Shown piece by piece: positions 1-11,897 of a stretch of DNA of 64,000 bases. A program made the position numbers and the translations under genes. A model generated the notes under the pieces. That model saw only the letters and a list, made by a program, of their open reading frames with translations. It had not been told where the DNA came from and ran no database searches. Source of the DNA: Camelus dromedarius (Eukaryota); contig NC_087436.1 of assembly GCF_036321535.1 (NCBI RefSeq), positions 67,520,001 through 67,584,000 of the forward strand, written 5' to 3'. Positions within the stretch are counted from its first letter, which is position 1. Each line of letters begins with the position of its first letter.

Positions 1-329
1 AACAATTAGTCATAAATTTTTAGAAATGGAAAACTATACATCAGAAAAATTAATTTTTTTTATTGTGGGAAACCCGCAAATAGCTAGAAATAGTCTTAGA
101 AATGGTAATATTCTACACTGAGCCTGTCAGGTAAATGATTAGTTTAAGTAAATATGTACACAAATACATAAATTAATATATAAATGCAAATATATGTAAA
201 TATACAGTGTACATAAATATATAAACAATAAGAGATTTCATATACCTCTATTAGCATCGCTGAAGAAATAACAAAATTTATATATAATTTATGTTTTACA
301 CAAATATATAAAACAAATATATAATACAT

Positions 330-1400
330 GTGAGCTGTTCAAACCTTTATTCCTAAAACTATTAAATGTCACATCACTAAAACTGTGAAAGTTTATTCAG
401 TGACATAAAAGAAATTTTGACTAAATGCAGTGATTTTTTTCCATGCTTCTAATGGAAAAATACACAATTAAAAATCATTTCTCCTCAAATTATTGTATAC
501 ATTTAATGTAACTGAAATCCATTCTTTTGTTGTTGTTACTCTTGTTGAGCAGTCAAAACAAATATTCTGGTTTATTTGAAACAATATAAACAAGAATGGC
601 TATGATAAATTCCTTACAAGGGATAATTCATTGAATATTTATGTGTTAGTTAAGCAGTTAAATGTCTCTAAATATGACACAAATGGTACAAAACACAAAA
701 GAGAGTAATTATAGATATGACCATGCAAATAATAAAAACTTCTGTATGTAAAAATTACCATGAACAAAATAAAATTGGTTTTCCACAATAAGGTGAGAAT
801 GTAATAGAATTGTTATGCTATTTTTAGATTTCATATTAACAACTTGTTTGAAGGTAACTGTTATGGGGAATTAGCCATTTTCCTGCATTGCTGGCCATAG
901 GCAAATTGGTATCAGCTGTTGGAGAATTTGCTAATACTGATATGGTACTCAGCAATTTCATTGTCAGGAATTTATCCTAAACAATTTGAAAAAAAAAAAC
1001 AAATATATGCAAAGTTTGAGATAATTTTACCCTCTTATTATCATTTAAAAATTAAAGTAAAAAGAATATTTATAAAATAAGAAAGTTTTAATAATAATAT
1101 AAAACCATTATTATCATGTTGACAATTTTTCATAGTATTGTTTAATGATACCTCCAGTTTTCAGGATATGTAATGAATAATATGATCCCATTTTTGTTTT
1201 TTGAAAAAATATTTCATAATAGAAAATACAAAACTACTGCAAAATGTTTAAAGGTAGTCATTTTTGGAGAAGGGATTACAAGTGTTTTTCTTTGTTTAAT
1301 AAATTGTAATTATTTTCTTAATAATTTTTATTTGAAATATAATATTGAAACTGGAAAGTTCATAAATCATAAGAATATATTTAGATAAATTTTCACAATT
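330..1400 (+). mobile_element. Highly decayed ancient L1 (L1ME-like) ORF2/3' fragments
   Basis: Patchy similarity to L1 ORF2 and 3' end (e.g. 'ataaaaacttctgtatgtaaaaattaccatgaacaaa', 'cagcaatttcattgtcaggaatttatcctaaa'); boundaries approximate. Confidence 0.5.
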
Positions 1401-1439
1401 AGTAACCTCATACAAAACCAGTAAACAAAGTCAGGTAAC

Positions 1440-2635
1440 AACATTATTAGCAGCACAGAAGCCAGGATTGTGCTGTCTTCCAGTCTAGTCTTTGCATTGT
1501 TCAAAGCAAAGGAGCATCCTCAATCCTGACTTCTAATACCAGAAATTAATACTGTGTGTTATTGACCTTGATACAAATTTAAAAAAAGAGTAATGAATTT
1601 ATTTTTCTGTTCTTTTTCAATGTTGTATTTTTAGATTCCTACATGTTGTGGTTTCATTTGTTGTCCCTTCATTCTCAGTGCTCCCTAGTGTTCAATGCAC
1701 AATATAATGAGAAATATTCATCCATTCTACAATTAATTAACATTTGGACTGAATTCCCTTTGAGGCTATTATGAATGACACTGAAATGAAGTGTCTTGTA
1801 AATGAATTTTGTCAAATATGTGCATATATATTCTATTTTAAATTTATACTTGTATGCATGCACATAAATACAATCATTGCTGTATATTTATATATATTCA
1901 TATTCATACATATACACATACTTATGCAATTCTAGGAATAAGGCTTCCAGGACAAAAGTATGTATGTATTCAACTTTATTAAACAAAATCAAGTCACTTT
2001 TTACTGTAATTATTAGCTTTCACTTTCAGTAGCAGAACAGAAGAGTTCTTGTTCCCTCTACTCACTAACACTCATTTTCTTTTTTATGTTAGTGATTCTA
2101 GTGTGTTTTTCTTTGTCTTGGGTTTTTTGTTTTGTTTCTATTTTTTGCTGTTCATATAGTTCTAATTTACATCTCATTTGTGTTTAAAATGTTAAATATA
2201 TTTTTATATGTTTATTGGCCATAAGGGTATTCTAAGTGTTTAATTATCTTGCCCAGTTTTTATTGGTTTTTCTAGAAATTACTTGTATAGTATGTGTTTG
2301 AATCCTTTGCTTAATGCATTGCAAATATCTACTGTTCTAAGACATGCATATTTACTCTCTTTCTAGATTTTTTTGTATTCAGATATTGAAGTCCATGTAA
2401 TAATCTTTTCTTTTAATTAATGCTTTTTGTGTCCTGTTTATGAAATTCATGTTTCCCAGTGTCATGAAAACTATATATGTATATATTTAAAGCCCAACTT
2501 AGATTTACAATCCATGTGGAATTTATTTTTGTGGAAAGTGTAAGGTGGTAAGGCAAGATTAATTATTATATTTTCATATGTATATATAATTAAATATTTA
2601 TTAAAAAGATCATATCTAATACAAGAATGCAGTAT
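1440..2635 (-). mobile_element. Decayed ancient L1 (L1MD/L1ME-like) 3' region
   Basis: Antisense L1 motifs such as 'catccattcta...aacatttggactg', 'ttatatgtttattggccataag', 'tttacaatccatgtggaatttatttttgtg'. Confidence 0.55.
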
Positions 2636-2637
2636 AG

Positions 2638-3357
2638 CTTTCCATCTGTTTGTTTCATATTCAATTGTTTTCATCAGTGTCTTATAGTTTTCATAATGCA
2701 GATATTTTGCCTCCTTAGGTAGGTTTATTCCTAGGAATTTTATGCTTTTGTTTCCCTAATTTTTCTTTCTGATATTTTGTTGTTAGTGTACACAAATGCA
2801 ACTGATTTCTGTGTATTAATTCTGTATCCTGCAATTTTACCAAATTCATTGATGGGCTCTGGTGGTTTTCTGTTGGCATCTATATATAGTATCATGTCAT
2901 CTGCAGACAGTGATAGTTTTACTCCTTCCTTTCCAATTTGGATTCCTTTTATTTATTTTTCTTCTCTGATTGCTGTGGCTAGGACTTCCAAAACTATGTT
3001 GAATAAAATTGGCAAGTGTGGGCATCCAATCCTGTTTGTGATCTTTGAAGAAATGTTTCAGCTTTTCACCACTGAGTATGATGTTCGCTGTGGGTCTGTT
3101 ATAAATGGCCTTTATTATGTTGTGATATGTTACCTCAGTGCCTGCTTTCTAGACAGTTTTTATCATAAGTGAATTCTGAATTTTATCAAAAGTTCTTTCT
3201 TCATCTAGTAAGATTATCATATGGTTTTAATGGTGTATCATATTGATTTGCAGCTATTGAAAATTCCTTGCATCCCTGGAATAGATTTCACTTCATCAGC
3301 ATGTATGATCCTTTTAATGTATTGCTGGGTTTGATTTGTTATCATTTTGTTGAGGAA
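2638..3357 (-). mobile_element. L1 ORF2 (RT region) fragment, moderately old
   Basis: Antisense ORF2 'atcatgtcatctgcagacagtgatagttttac' (FADDM motif region on the minus strand); ORF 2777-3172 is its antisense frame. Confidence 0.9.
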
Positions 3358-3359
3358 GG

Positions 3360-4270
3360 TACCTATTTCTTTTATACCACCTTATATATAATATAAAAAC
3401 CTTACATTAATATAGTTCCACATCTTCCCTCCCAGCTTTTTTTCTATTGACATTATATATTTTATTTGGACATACATTATAAGCCATACACTACATTGAT
3501 ACTCTTTTTGTTAAATGATTGTCTTTTAAAGAGATATATATAAGAAGGAATATACTGTATGTACTTACTCAGGAATTAACATTTCTGGTGCTATGCATTA
3601 TTTTGTGTTGATTCATATTTCCATCTGATATAATTTTCCTTCTGCCTAGAGAAACTTCTCTAACATTTCTTATAATATGTGTCTTATGTAGTGAATTATT
3701 TCAGCTTTTATGTCTGAAAACTATTAACCTATGATTTTTAAACATATTTTTACTGAGATAGACTTTTAGGCATTTACATTATTCTTTCTATACTTGAGAA
3801 CTATTGCTCCACTCTCATCTTACACCATTTCTGGCAAAAAAAAAAAAAAAAAAAAAAAAAACTATTATCCTTATTTTTGCCTTCTTTGTAAAATGTGTTT
3901 TACTCTGGTTGTAGGATATTCTCATCATCACTGGTTTTGAGCAATTAGATTAAATTTTATTTTTTTAATTTCTTATGAGGGGTTTATATGTGCTTGAGTT
4001 ATTGGATATGTAAGTTTATAATTCTTATCAAATTTTAAAATAATTATTTTTTCTTCAAATATTTTCCTGCCCTTCTATTACTTCAGGACTCTAATTATAT
4101 GTATATTAGATAGCTTGATATTGTACCATAGCTTATTAGTATTCTTTTTACTTTTTAAAATTTTGTTTTCAATCTTTTCTTAGTATTGGATGAATTCTAT
4201 TTCTATTAAGGTTCCACAATATTTACTTCTGCAATGTTTAAGTTGCTGTTAATGTTATTCAGTATATAAT
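3360..4270 (-). mobile_element. Ancient L1M inter-ORF/ORF1 region
   Basis: Antisense L1M ORF1-type text ('ttcttcaaatattttcctgccc...ggactctaattatatgtatattagatagcttgatattgtaccatagc'). Confidence 0.7.
3836..3861 (+). repeat. poly(A) tract
   Basis: Uninterrupted A run. Confidence 0.95.
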
Positions 4271-4420
4271 GTTGAATTTTGAAATTCACCCTTTAAAAAA
4301 TAGAAATTAATAGGAGTATTGTCAAAGGAGGTCAAACAGCCTAATGAAGGATCAGCAAATCATATCTTATTAAGGGAAGTTGAAGTAAATGGAGATCTTT
4401 ATCTAAAAACTGGATGTTGC

Positions 4421-4538
4421 AGGGAGGATACTGGTGGTAGAGTGCATGCCTTGCATGCACAAGGTCCTAGGTTCAATCCTCAGTACCTCCATCAAAATAA
4501 ACAGGTAAAGCTAATTACCACACACACACACACAAAAA
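4421..4538 (+). mobile_element. tRNA-derived camelid SINE (Vic-1-like)
   Basis: 'gggaggata..gtggtagagtgcatgccttgcatgcacaaggtcctaggttcaatcctcagtacctcc'; B box GGTTCAATCC at 4470-4479; partly deleted A box; 'ctaattacc' tail then (CA)n and A-rich end; degenerate TSD aaaaactggatgtt / aaaaagaaggtgtt. Confidence 0.85.
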
Positions 4539-4799
4539 GAAGGTGTTAATTAGAGGACAGTTTTTAGAGTATTTTGTGTATTTTTAGATATTAGAATAAG
4601 ATCTGTAGAATAATGCTGCAAAAAGGAAACAGTGACTCAGAGACTTAATACATAATAAACTATTTTATAAGGTAATGTGTCCTATCGTTAGAAATGTTAG
4701 TCTGTTAAGAAGATGTAAAGTAGAAATTTATATTAATCTTTATAGTTTTTAATTCAAATTTATCTATATATTTTTTACTAAAGAATGTATAAATAATTT

Positions 4800-5320
4800 C
4801 TTAACTTTTCAACTTTGAGATCATTGTAGATTCACAGGAAATTATAATAAATGAGAAAGATACTTACATTGCAAGTATCAACACTGTAAATCAACTATAC
4901 TTCAATAAAAAAAATAGGGATTTGCAAAAATGTTAAAAAAGAAAAAAGATATTATATACTCTTTAACCAGTCTTCTTCAAATGTATCATCGTGCAAAATT
5001 ACAGCATAATATCACAATCAAGATACTGACATTGGACAATCCACATGTATGAGATTCCTTCAGTTTTTGCTTGTACCCATTTGTATGTGAGTGCAACTAT
5101 GTGTTTATGTCCATACAATTTTATTTCATGAGTATGGGTATCTACCTGCACAGTGAAGATAAAGAATAATTCTATCACCATAAAAATCCCTTATGTCACC
5201 CACTACATCCTCCTACTTCTCACTTGCTTACCTTGAAAAGCACTAAGTTGTCATTCATTTCTATAGTTTTATCTTTTCAAAAATGTTGTATAAATGGAAT
5301 CATAGTAATATAACATCTTA
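4800..5320 (-). mobile_element. L1MC-like 3' end, interrupted at ~4862-4945
   Basis: 'ttgagatcattgtagattcacagg...atatcacaatcaagatactgacattggacaatccac...aaaatgttgtataaatggaatcata'. Confidence 0.75.
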
Positions 5321-5329
5321 GCTGCCTTC

Positions 5330-5572
5330 TGGTAATTCCTAATTGGAGATTTCTGGAGCTCCTTGTCCACAATATATGGGAGGCAGCAGGAACCCAGAGG
5401 ACTGACCACTCTGCCTCCCTCAAGTCTAAAGGTACCTAGGTAGTTCACCTTCCTCGTTCCACCTTTGAGAGAGTTTCTGTGCTTGGTTGCTGTGTTTTTG
5501 TGCAGGATGTTTCAGCTATAAGGAGGAGGACCTGGGAGGAATGGGGCTATTCCATATAAGGCAGAATCCACG
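5330..5572 (-). mobile_element. Ancient L1M (L1MD-like) 5' UTR terminus
   Basis: 'atatatgggaggcagcaggaacccagaggactgaccac...ccacctttgagag...ggggctattccat' resembles an antisense L1M 5' end. Confidence 0.6.
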
Positions 5573-6835
5573 ATCCCCATTTTTTAATTTCTAAAAATTA
5601 TGAAGAGCCATTTAGTGTCTGTGAGGTAATGACATTCAAGTTATCTAATTTGCTTCCCCTGAATATGAAACATCAGTTGCCATTATTAGAGTACTTTGTG
5701 GAGCCTATAACTGTCTTTCAACCATAAATCATAAAATTTAAAGGCATAGAATATTAGTTTTATCAAGTCTCACCCCATCTTCATTTTCTAGGTGGTCATT
5801 TTTTTTACATTTCTTTATTATCCAGGAAAAAGAATATATGATTTTAATTAAATCAGAAACATACATTTTATTATTAATTATGGCTCTCTTTGTAAGATTT
5901 CACAAGATTGTTTTTCCATATATTAAAAAAATAGAATTTAATAGAATTCTAATACTTATATATGTAATAAAATAATAAAGTCTAACACTTTTACATCATA
6001 TATGTTATATTTATATTTAATGGTACAGTTTGAATTGTCCTCACACTGCTTTACCATAAGAGACAAAGTCGTTTAGTTTTTTTTTATAATTTAGTAGCAA
6101 CAAGGAATGGGATATGTTTTCCAAAGTTCAAATGAGGCAACATTTCAGGATCTGGAGTAAACTGTTAGTTGGCAAGAATGAATAGTCAGACTATCATAGG
6201 ATAAATACTACTCCAGGGAGGGTTCTTGGCCCAAATTTAGTTTTACCATGCACCTTCAAAATTTGAGCAGTTTGGACCTCACCGCTAAGTGTCAATGTTT
6301 GATTGTGTCTGGAACTAGTTCTATAACAGTGGGAAAAAAAAGTCATGGTGCATGTGTCAATTGAAATAAAATCAGTTCCTGTGGTTTGTTTTCCTAAATT
6401 TTGTTTACTACCAGGAATGAGAAAGTCCTAAGGAAAATAGTCAACAGATGGCTTTATCTACAAGTTTGTTTGTTTTTCGGCCAACAATCAAAATGGTGTA
6501 GCTAGAGTATGCTAACAAGATCAAGAGGAAGTATTTCAAATGAAAATAAATGTCTATATGCCTTGAGAAGAGCAGGAGCTATTCTATGCTGGAATGGCAC
6601 TTCATTTGTGCCACCCTCCATCTTTAAAGACAGATCATGAAAAAGCAACCAGAGTTTGAATAACATTGTTTACTGGAAATTTTGTTTAAACATTTATAAG
6701 ATACATTAAATAATAAAAAAATAATAAGCAATACTAAATAATACATACATGATATATAATATTGTACATATGTAATACATATTAAATACATATACATGTT
6801 TATACATATTGTATGTGTTTATACACACACACATA

Positions 6836-7023
6836 CAGTTGATCCTAGAACATGAGGGTTGATCTAACTATAATTTCTAGTCAGGCCCTCCATATCAAAG
6901 ATTCTTCTGCATTGTGAATTCAAACAATCACAGACTGTCTAGTATTGTAATATTTACTATAGAAAAAATTTGCATAAAAGTAGATACGCACAATTCAAAA
7001 CCATGTTGTTGAAGACTCAACTG
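6836..7023. mobile_element. MER8/Tigger2-derived MITE (TcMar DNA transposon)
   Basis: Terminal inverted repeats CAGTTGATCCTAGAACA ... TGTTGAAGACTCAACTG, flanked by TA at 6834-6835 and 7024-7025. Confidence 0.88.
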
Positions 7024-7319
7024 TAATGTATAATTCTGTTTGAAAGAAATCTTGGTTTTCCTTGAGTAGTTTTTCTTCTTTTTTTCCATGAGATAAATTA
7101 TATAAATTTTTTTCTACTTAGTTTTTAAATTAACTTCATGTACTTACCTGTCAAGAAAAAAATAAGCAATTTTCCAATATTGAGTTTCAGTAGTAAGATA
7201 TCAATAGTTTTACTGAAGATATAAAACTTTTCAAGCATTGTATTTGTTTGTTTTATGGTAAAAATTAATTATATAACTTATACCGTAAAACAAATTAACA
7301 AAAGCAGACTAATAAAAGC

Positions 7320-7745
7320 CGTTGTAGATCATGTAGTATGTTGCCTAGATTCTGCTCCCATCTCCTTTAAGATGGAAGCACTTATTCTCCCAGTTGCTGG
7401 TATTGTTGGCAGCTGAATGTTCTCAGATGAGATCATTTGGAGAAACTGCCCTTGCACAGAAAAGTCATCTCACTAAGATCTCCCTTACCAGGGAGGGTTC
7501 ATGTAAAATGGCCAGTTAATCAGGATATTAACAGCTGCCCTATTCAGATTCAGTGCAAGCAACTTTATAAAGCCATCCCAAATCCAGAGCTCACTATGGT
7601 ATCTACCAAGAGCTTTTTTGTTTTTCTTTTTTCACTATCCAATCTTATGTTCTTTATTCCACTATAGGTACTGAGCTGATCTTGAGAACAGAGCACTGCT
7701 TGAAAAACTTCTCCATTTCAGTCATTTCTCAGTGCTTTCCACAGC
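7320..7745 (+). mobile_element. LTR16-family (ERVL) 5' LTR
   Basis: LTR16-like motifs 'cttattctcccagttgctggtattgttggcagctg', 'agccatcccaaatccagagctc', 'tccaatcttatgttctttattcc...gatcttgag'. Confidence 0.7.
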
Positions 7746-7967
7746 TCTGGAGAAGGTTGAATTCTAGATCCTGGCAATTCTGCCCAGCAGGGTCAAGGTC
7801 CAGATTGGGAGGAAATGGGGTCTTAAAGCATAGTATGAAAAGATGAGGCCTAAAATAATTTGAATCCCTGTATTGTCTTCAGCTCTCCGAGTCTGAGAAA
7901 TTGTCCACATCTTCCTTTTAAAAGCTAATGCTTCTCACCTTAATTGGAGACATTGTGATGACTGTCT

Positions 7968-8013
<46 letters not shown>
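7968..8013. repeat. Compound (TG)n(TA)n microsatellite
   Basis: Seen directly. Confidence 0.95.
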
Positions 8014-8016
<3 letters not shown>

Positions 8017-8973
8017 CAAATTTAAAAATCTTCCTTACCCCTCTTGATCACCAGAACAATAATTAAGGCTAAAGTCACAATATACTTGATCCAGAAATGT
8101 CTGGATCTATTAAAAGAGCTGCAAGACCTGGCAATATTCACCAGCTAGAATTGTGATAATATTCATGAAACTTAATCTTGAGGTTCTAGATCAAGGACAC
8201 TGAAACATAATATGGATTATTTTAAGTTGAATGGTATTTCATCTATGTCACATTATGGATGAGGAAAAGGGAGAATGTATTGACATGGAAACACCTTGCT
8301 GGTAAGACATCTGGATGATGGTATGACTCTTGGAAGCTTGGAGAAAGAAGTGGGCCACAATAATTAAGATATAATTAAGGTATTAATGACAGAGCTACTT
8401 TGACAGATATTGCAAAAAGTGATCAAGACTTACAGAAATGTTCAAGGGGTTACATTCTGTAATACTGGAAAACTTATGAATGTGTTCTTCAAGAGGACTT
8501 CAGTAACACTTCACTTAGCAAAGACTGAGGAATCTGTTGATGAGAGGGGCAGAAACATCACTAAGAAGCTGAATGTTAAGCATCTTGTGTAGACCAAGTC
8601 GGGCAAAAGGTGCAAAGGCTTGCATTTACCATGGCTGGTCAAGCTACACTCACTGTTAAATTGGGCCCTTCTCATCCTGGATGGGGCAACAATTCATCTT
8701 AACTGGGATCAATACATAGTCTAAGCATATGTGTTCATATCCTGCCCACATATCTTCCATCAACATTACTATCTAAAGGCTTAGTGTATGTTTGATCCTA
8801 AGGAATAGTATATCATACAAAAGTTTTCTTAAACAGGAAAACATGTGGCAATTAGTATATGACAATTGGATCTTGTGGTTTTATTACATATTATACTGCC
8901 CAGAAAACTATCAGCCTGATAGAATGAGAGAAACACGCTTTGAAGCTGTGTTGAGGAATCTGCCTGGAGATAT

Positions 8974-9489
8974 TGTTACCAAGTCCAAACTGGTTCTGCT
9001 CACTACATGACAGGCCAATAAATCGGGAGATGAGGCGTTGGGGCAAGGAATAATGACTTTATTTGAAAAACCAGCAGACTGAGAAGATGACAGACTAATG
9101 TCCTGGAGAAACATCTTACCCAAGTCAGAATTCAGGCTTCTTTTATACTTAAAGGGGGAGGGGATGTGGTTGGTTGTTGCAAACTTCTTAGTGTCAGAAT
9201 CCTTTGTAATTGCAGATGTCCATGTAGGTCAGTTCTGATGTTCCTGTAAATCTCGAAGACAATGTTATTCTCTGTTCTACAACTTTTTATCTTTCTATGA
9301 ATGAGAAAGTGTTAATACCCTTAAAGTTCAGAGCCTTGAGAATGGGCTATCCTGTATATTTTAGGCTATAGGCAACATTATTTTGCAAAAGGTACAGAAC
9401 CTGCATGACTAAGCACAGGAGACAGAGCACAGGGTTAGAGCTAAAGGAATAGATCTAATAAGGATTCAGATTTGTTCTTCCCTATTACA
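8974..9489 (-). mobile_element. ERV1 solo LTR, cetartiodactyl MER41-like
   Basis: TG...CA termini; perfect 4-bp TSD ATAT (8970-8973, 9490-9493); minus-strand TATAAAA (~9141-9147) upstream of AATAAA (~9058-9063); start 'tgttaccaagtccaaactggttctgctc' resembles MER41_BT. Confidence 0.9.
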
Positions 9490-10480
9490 ATATTAGCCTG
9501 CAAGGATGACATGCTATCCTTAAAGATAGAGTACAGACCTCCGAATTAATTACCAGTATGTGTGTTGGGTTTGGGTGTAGAAATAGGAATGACCCTATTT
9601 ACTATTCCTCTCAATGACTCACTTTGAGAAATCACGATTTCTATACCTGCTTCTCTGATTCTTAGTGGGAAGACTCTTTAGGGGAATACATTAAGAATCC
9701 CGTTAAACTTCAAGTTTCAATATTCCTCAGATATAATGGGCTTACTGTGCTAATAGAGCAGTGGGCAAAGAGGGGGTGCACCATTTTGGCAGAGGAACTA
9801 TGATTATCAAGTTGAGATAGGGCACCTTTTAGACAGTGGCACAGTGAAGAACTTCTTTGACACCTAAATAATTCACTTGAGCATCTTTTTGTATTTCCTT
9901 GCTCAGTTTGTGTGGGAAAGGAAATAGCATGGTGACTAATGGTTCAAATGTTGAAATGAGAATCCATGTAACCCCGAAAGAAAAGCCACGCAGGCCAGCA
10001 GAGGAGCTAGCTGAGGGTCAAGGGACTCTATTAATGAGTAGTAGAGGGAGGGAAATGGCATGGATCAGTTGTGGCCTTAAGACCAGCTATAATGACATAT
10101 ACTTTATTCATAAACCTTGTAAATTCTCCTAATGAAGAGACCCACCAGAATCTTGAATTAGCTCTGTCTGGTACTTATGTTACAAAACAATGTAGATCCA
10201 GTGGTATGGGTGGATTGGACTGGATCACCCTACAGCTTTTGTCTTCACCTGTGCCTCAGGATTGAAGCATTCATTTCCTTAACTCCTGGGTGTGCTGCTA
10301 GCTGGCAGTTGTCAGCCAATCCCTCTTTGGGAACTGATTTACTTAATTGTCAGTCTAATCCCCAGAGGCAACTCATATGCAATGACTGTTAAATTAGCAT
10401 AAAAAAAGATGTGGTCTCTTAGTACAATGTGGGATAATTCTGTAGGATTATTCTCTTCCAGAGTTTCACAGCTCACTAAC

Positions 10481-10882
10481 TATTACCCCAGAGGGTAAAG
10501 ACCCTGATCTTGTCATACCCGAAAGACAAGTTTACAGTTGGGAGATGGTGCGTTGTGTAGCAAAAGATTTTTTTTTTTAATTTATTTGAAAAGAAAGGAA
10601 GGAAAAGTACACCCCCAAGAATAGGAGGCAGGCTGATCCAAGGGAGAATCCCCTTTCTCTGATACCCTTGCTTAGAGGTGGTCTTTTGGTTGATTGATGG
10701 CTCTTGTCCCTGGAATGCTTAGTCATGTTTGGCCTCTTTGTATATATCCTTACCCTTGGTATACATAGAAAAACCCATGGGAGGGGGGCTAAAACGCAGT
10801 GTTAATTATAATACAATGAGCATTGGTTGTGTCGGATTAAGTCCTTTCTGCTACCTCACAGTCAAGGCTGTCAGATTTTAAC

Positions 10883-10920
<38 letters not shown>

Positions 10921-11025
10921 GCACTAGTTTAGAAGTCCCTTTAGGCTGGAGGCAGGCATAACATGATCTTCTAGAGCATCCTCCCTCTCCTCCACCTGTC
11001 TGCCCATTTATCTAACTACCTAGCA
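10481..11025 (-). mobile_element. ERV1-class solo LTR, family not assigned
   Basis: Perfect 4-bp TSD TAAC (10477-10480, 11026-11029); ends TATTACC (mutated TG) ... CTAGCA; cleanly interrupts LTR16; strand tentative. Confidence 0.8.
10887..10916. repeat. poly(T) tract inside LTR
   Basis: Seen directly. Confidence 0.95.
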
Positions 11026-11174
11026 TAACCACTGTTTTAACTGCATCACAGTTCAAATTCTCTCCCTCCCTAGTCTTGAGTCATTCACTCCACATCACTT
11101 TTGATTCAAAGAGTACTCTCCATTAAACATTCTACCTGTGTCTCAGTCTTTTTCTGGGAAACTCCACCTGCAGG

Positions 11175-11625
11175 CAGTGTGTGGAATTGTGTTCCCCCAA
11201 AAGATACGTTCAAGTCCTAAGTTCTGGTAGCTGTGAATGTAACATTATTTGGATGGGGGTCTTTGCAGATATAATTAAGATTTAAGGATTAAGGTGAGTT
11301 CTAAATCCAATGATTGTGTACTGATAAAGGGGGTGATAGAGACATAAGCAAGAAGAAGGACATGTGACAATAGAGCAGTTACTGGAGTGATACAGACACA
11401 AGCCAAGGAACTCCTGGGGCCACCAGAAGCTTGAGGAGGCAAAAAAATCCAAAAAACAACAACAACAACAAAAAAAACTTACTAGAGCTTTCAGAGGGAG
11501 CCTGGTCCTGCCAACACCTTAGTTTAGATATTCTGGCCTCTAGCATATATGGAGAATAGCTTTCCATTGTGCCAAGCCATCCAGTTTTTGGTAATTTTCT
11601 TAGTGTAGTCTTAGATAACTAATAA
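11175..11625 (+). mobile_element. MaLR LTR, MLT1B-like
   Basis: 'gaattgtgttcccccaaaagatacgttcaagtcctaa...ctttgcagat...agccaaggaa...ttcagagggagcctggtcctgccaacacctt...aactaata'. Confidence 0.9.
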
Positions 11626-11897
11626 AAACTTCAAGAAAAGCCAAAGGAAAAAAATGGGTATAAATTTTACTGACATTTTGAGAATCAGGTGAGGTTAATT
11701 AAATAGGCTTCCTGAAGAAGTTAGATCTTACTCTCTCAGTAGAGCAAAGGGAGAAATAATGTCAGACTTAAGAGGTTAAGAAAAGTAAGTTAGAATGTAT
11801 AATAAAAATGCTGAACAAGAATTGTTACCAACAAATATTTACTTGAAATTAACTACATTGGACCCTGATCTTTAAGGCTTGAAAGAGAGAATGAGAA

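Larger units (their letters stand above)
7746..10190 (+). mobile_element. Decayed, internally deleted ERVL internal region (ERV3-16A3-like): gag, integrase and dUTPase remnants
   Basis: gag-like 'aaagagctgcaagacctggc...gagaatgtattgacatgg' at ~8110-8290. Around 9700-9840 it reads, with frameshifts, PLNFKF..MGLL / EQWAKRGCTILA / DYQVEIGHLLDSG, like ERVL dUTPase (GVTVLAGVIDPDYQGEIGLLL). Confidence 0.7.
10191..11172 (+). mobile_element. LTR16-family 3' LTR, split by the ERV1 LTR at 10481-11025
   Basis: Halves ~10191-10480 and ~11030-11172; 'actgcatcacagttcaaattctctccct...gagtactctccattaaacattc...tctcagtctttttctgggaaactccacctgca' matches the LTR16 3' half. Confidence 0.7.

Noticed and set aside
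144..329. Hydrophobic Y/I-rich ORFs (also 49640-49864)
   Set aside because: Translations of low-complexity AT-rich sequence.
4421..4490. tRNA gene
   Set aside because: The A box is partly deleted, and a SINE body and tail follow; it is a tRNA-derived SINE.
4588..4671. 84-nt exon-like segment (tttttag|...AAG|gtaatg)
   Set aside because: All three frames contain stops (phase 0 reads ILE*DL*NNAAKRKQ*LRDLIHNKLFYK). A pseudo-exon or non-coding exon cannot be excluded but has no support.
7140..7152. U1 snRNA 5' end (TACTTACCTG)
   Set aside because: The match ends after 10 nt; it is just the complement of a consensus splice donor.
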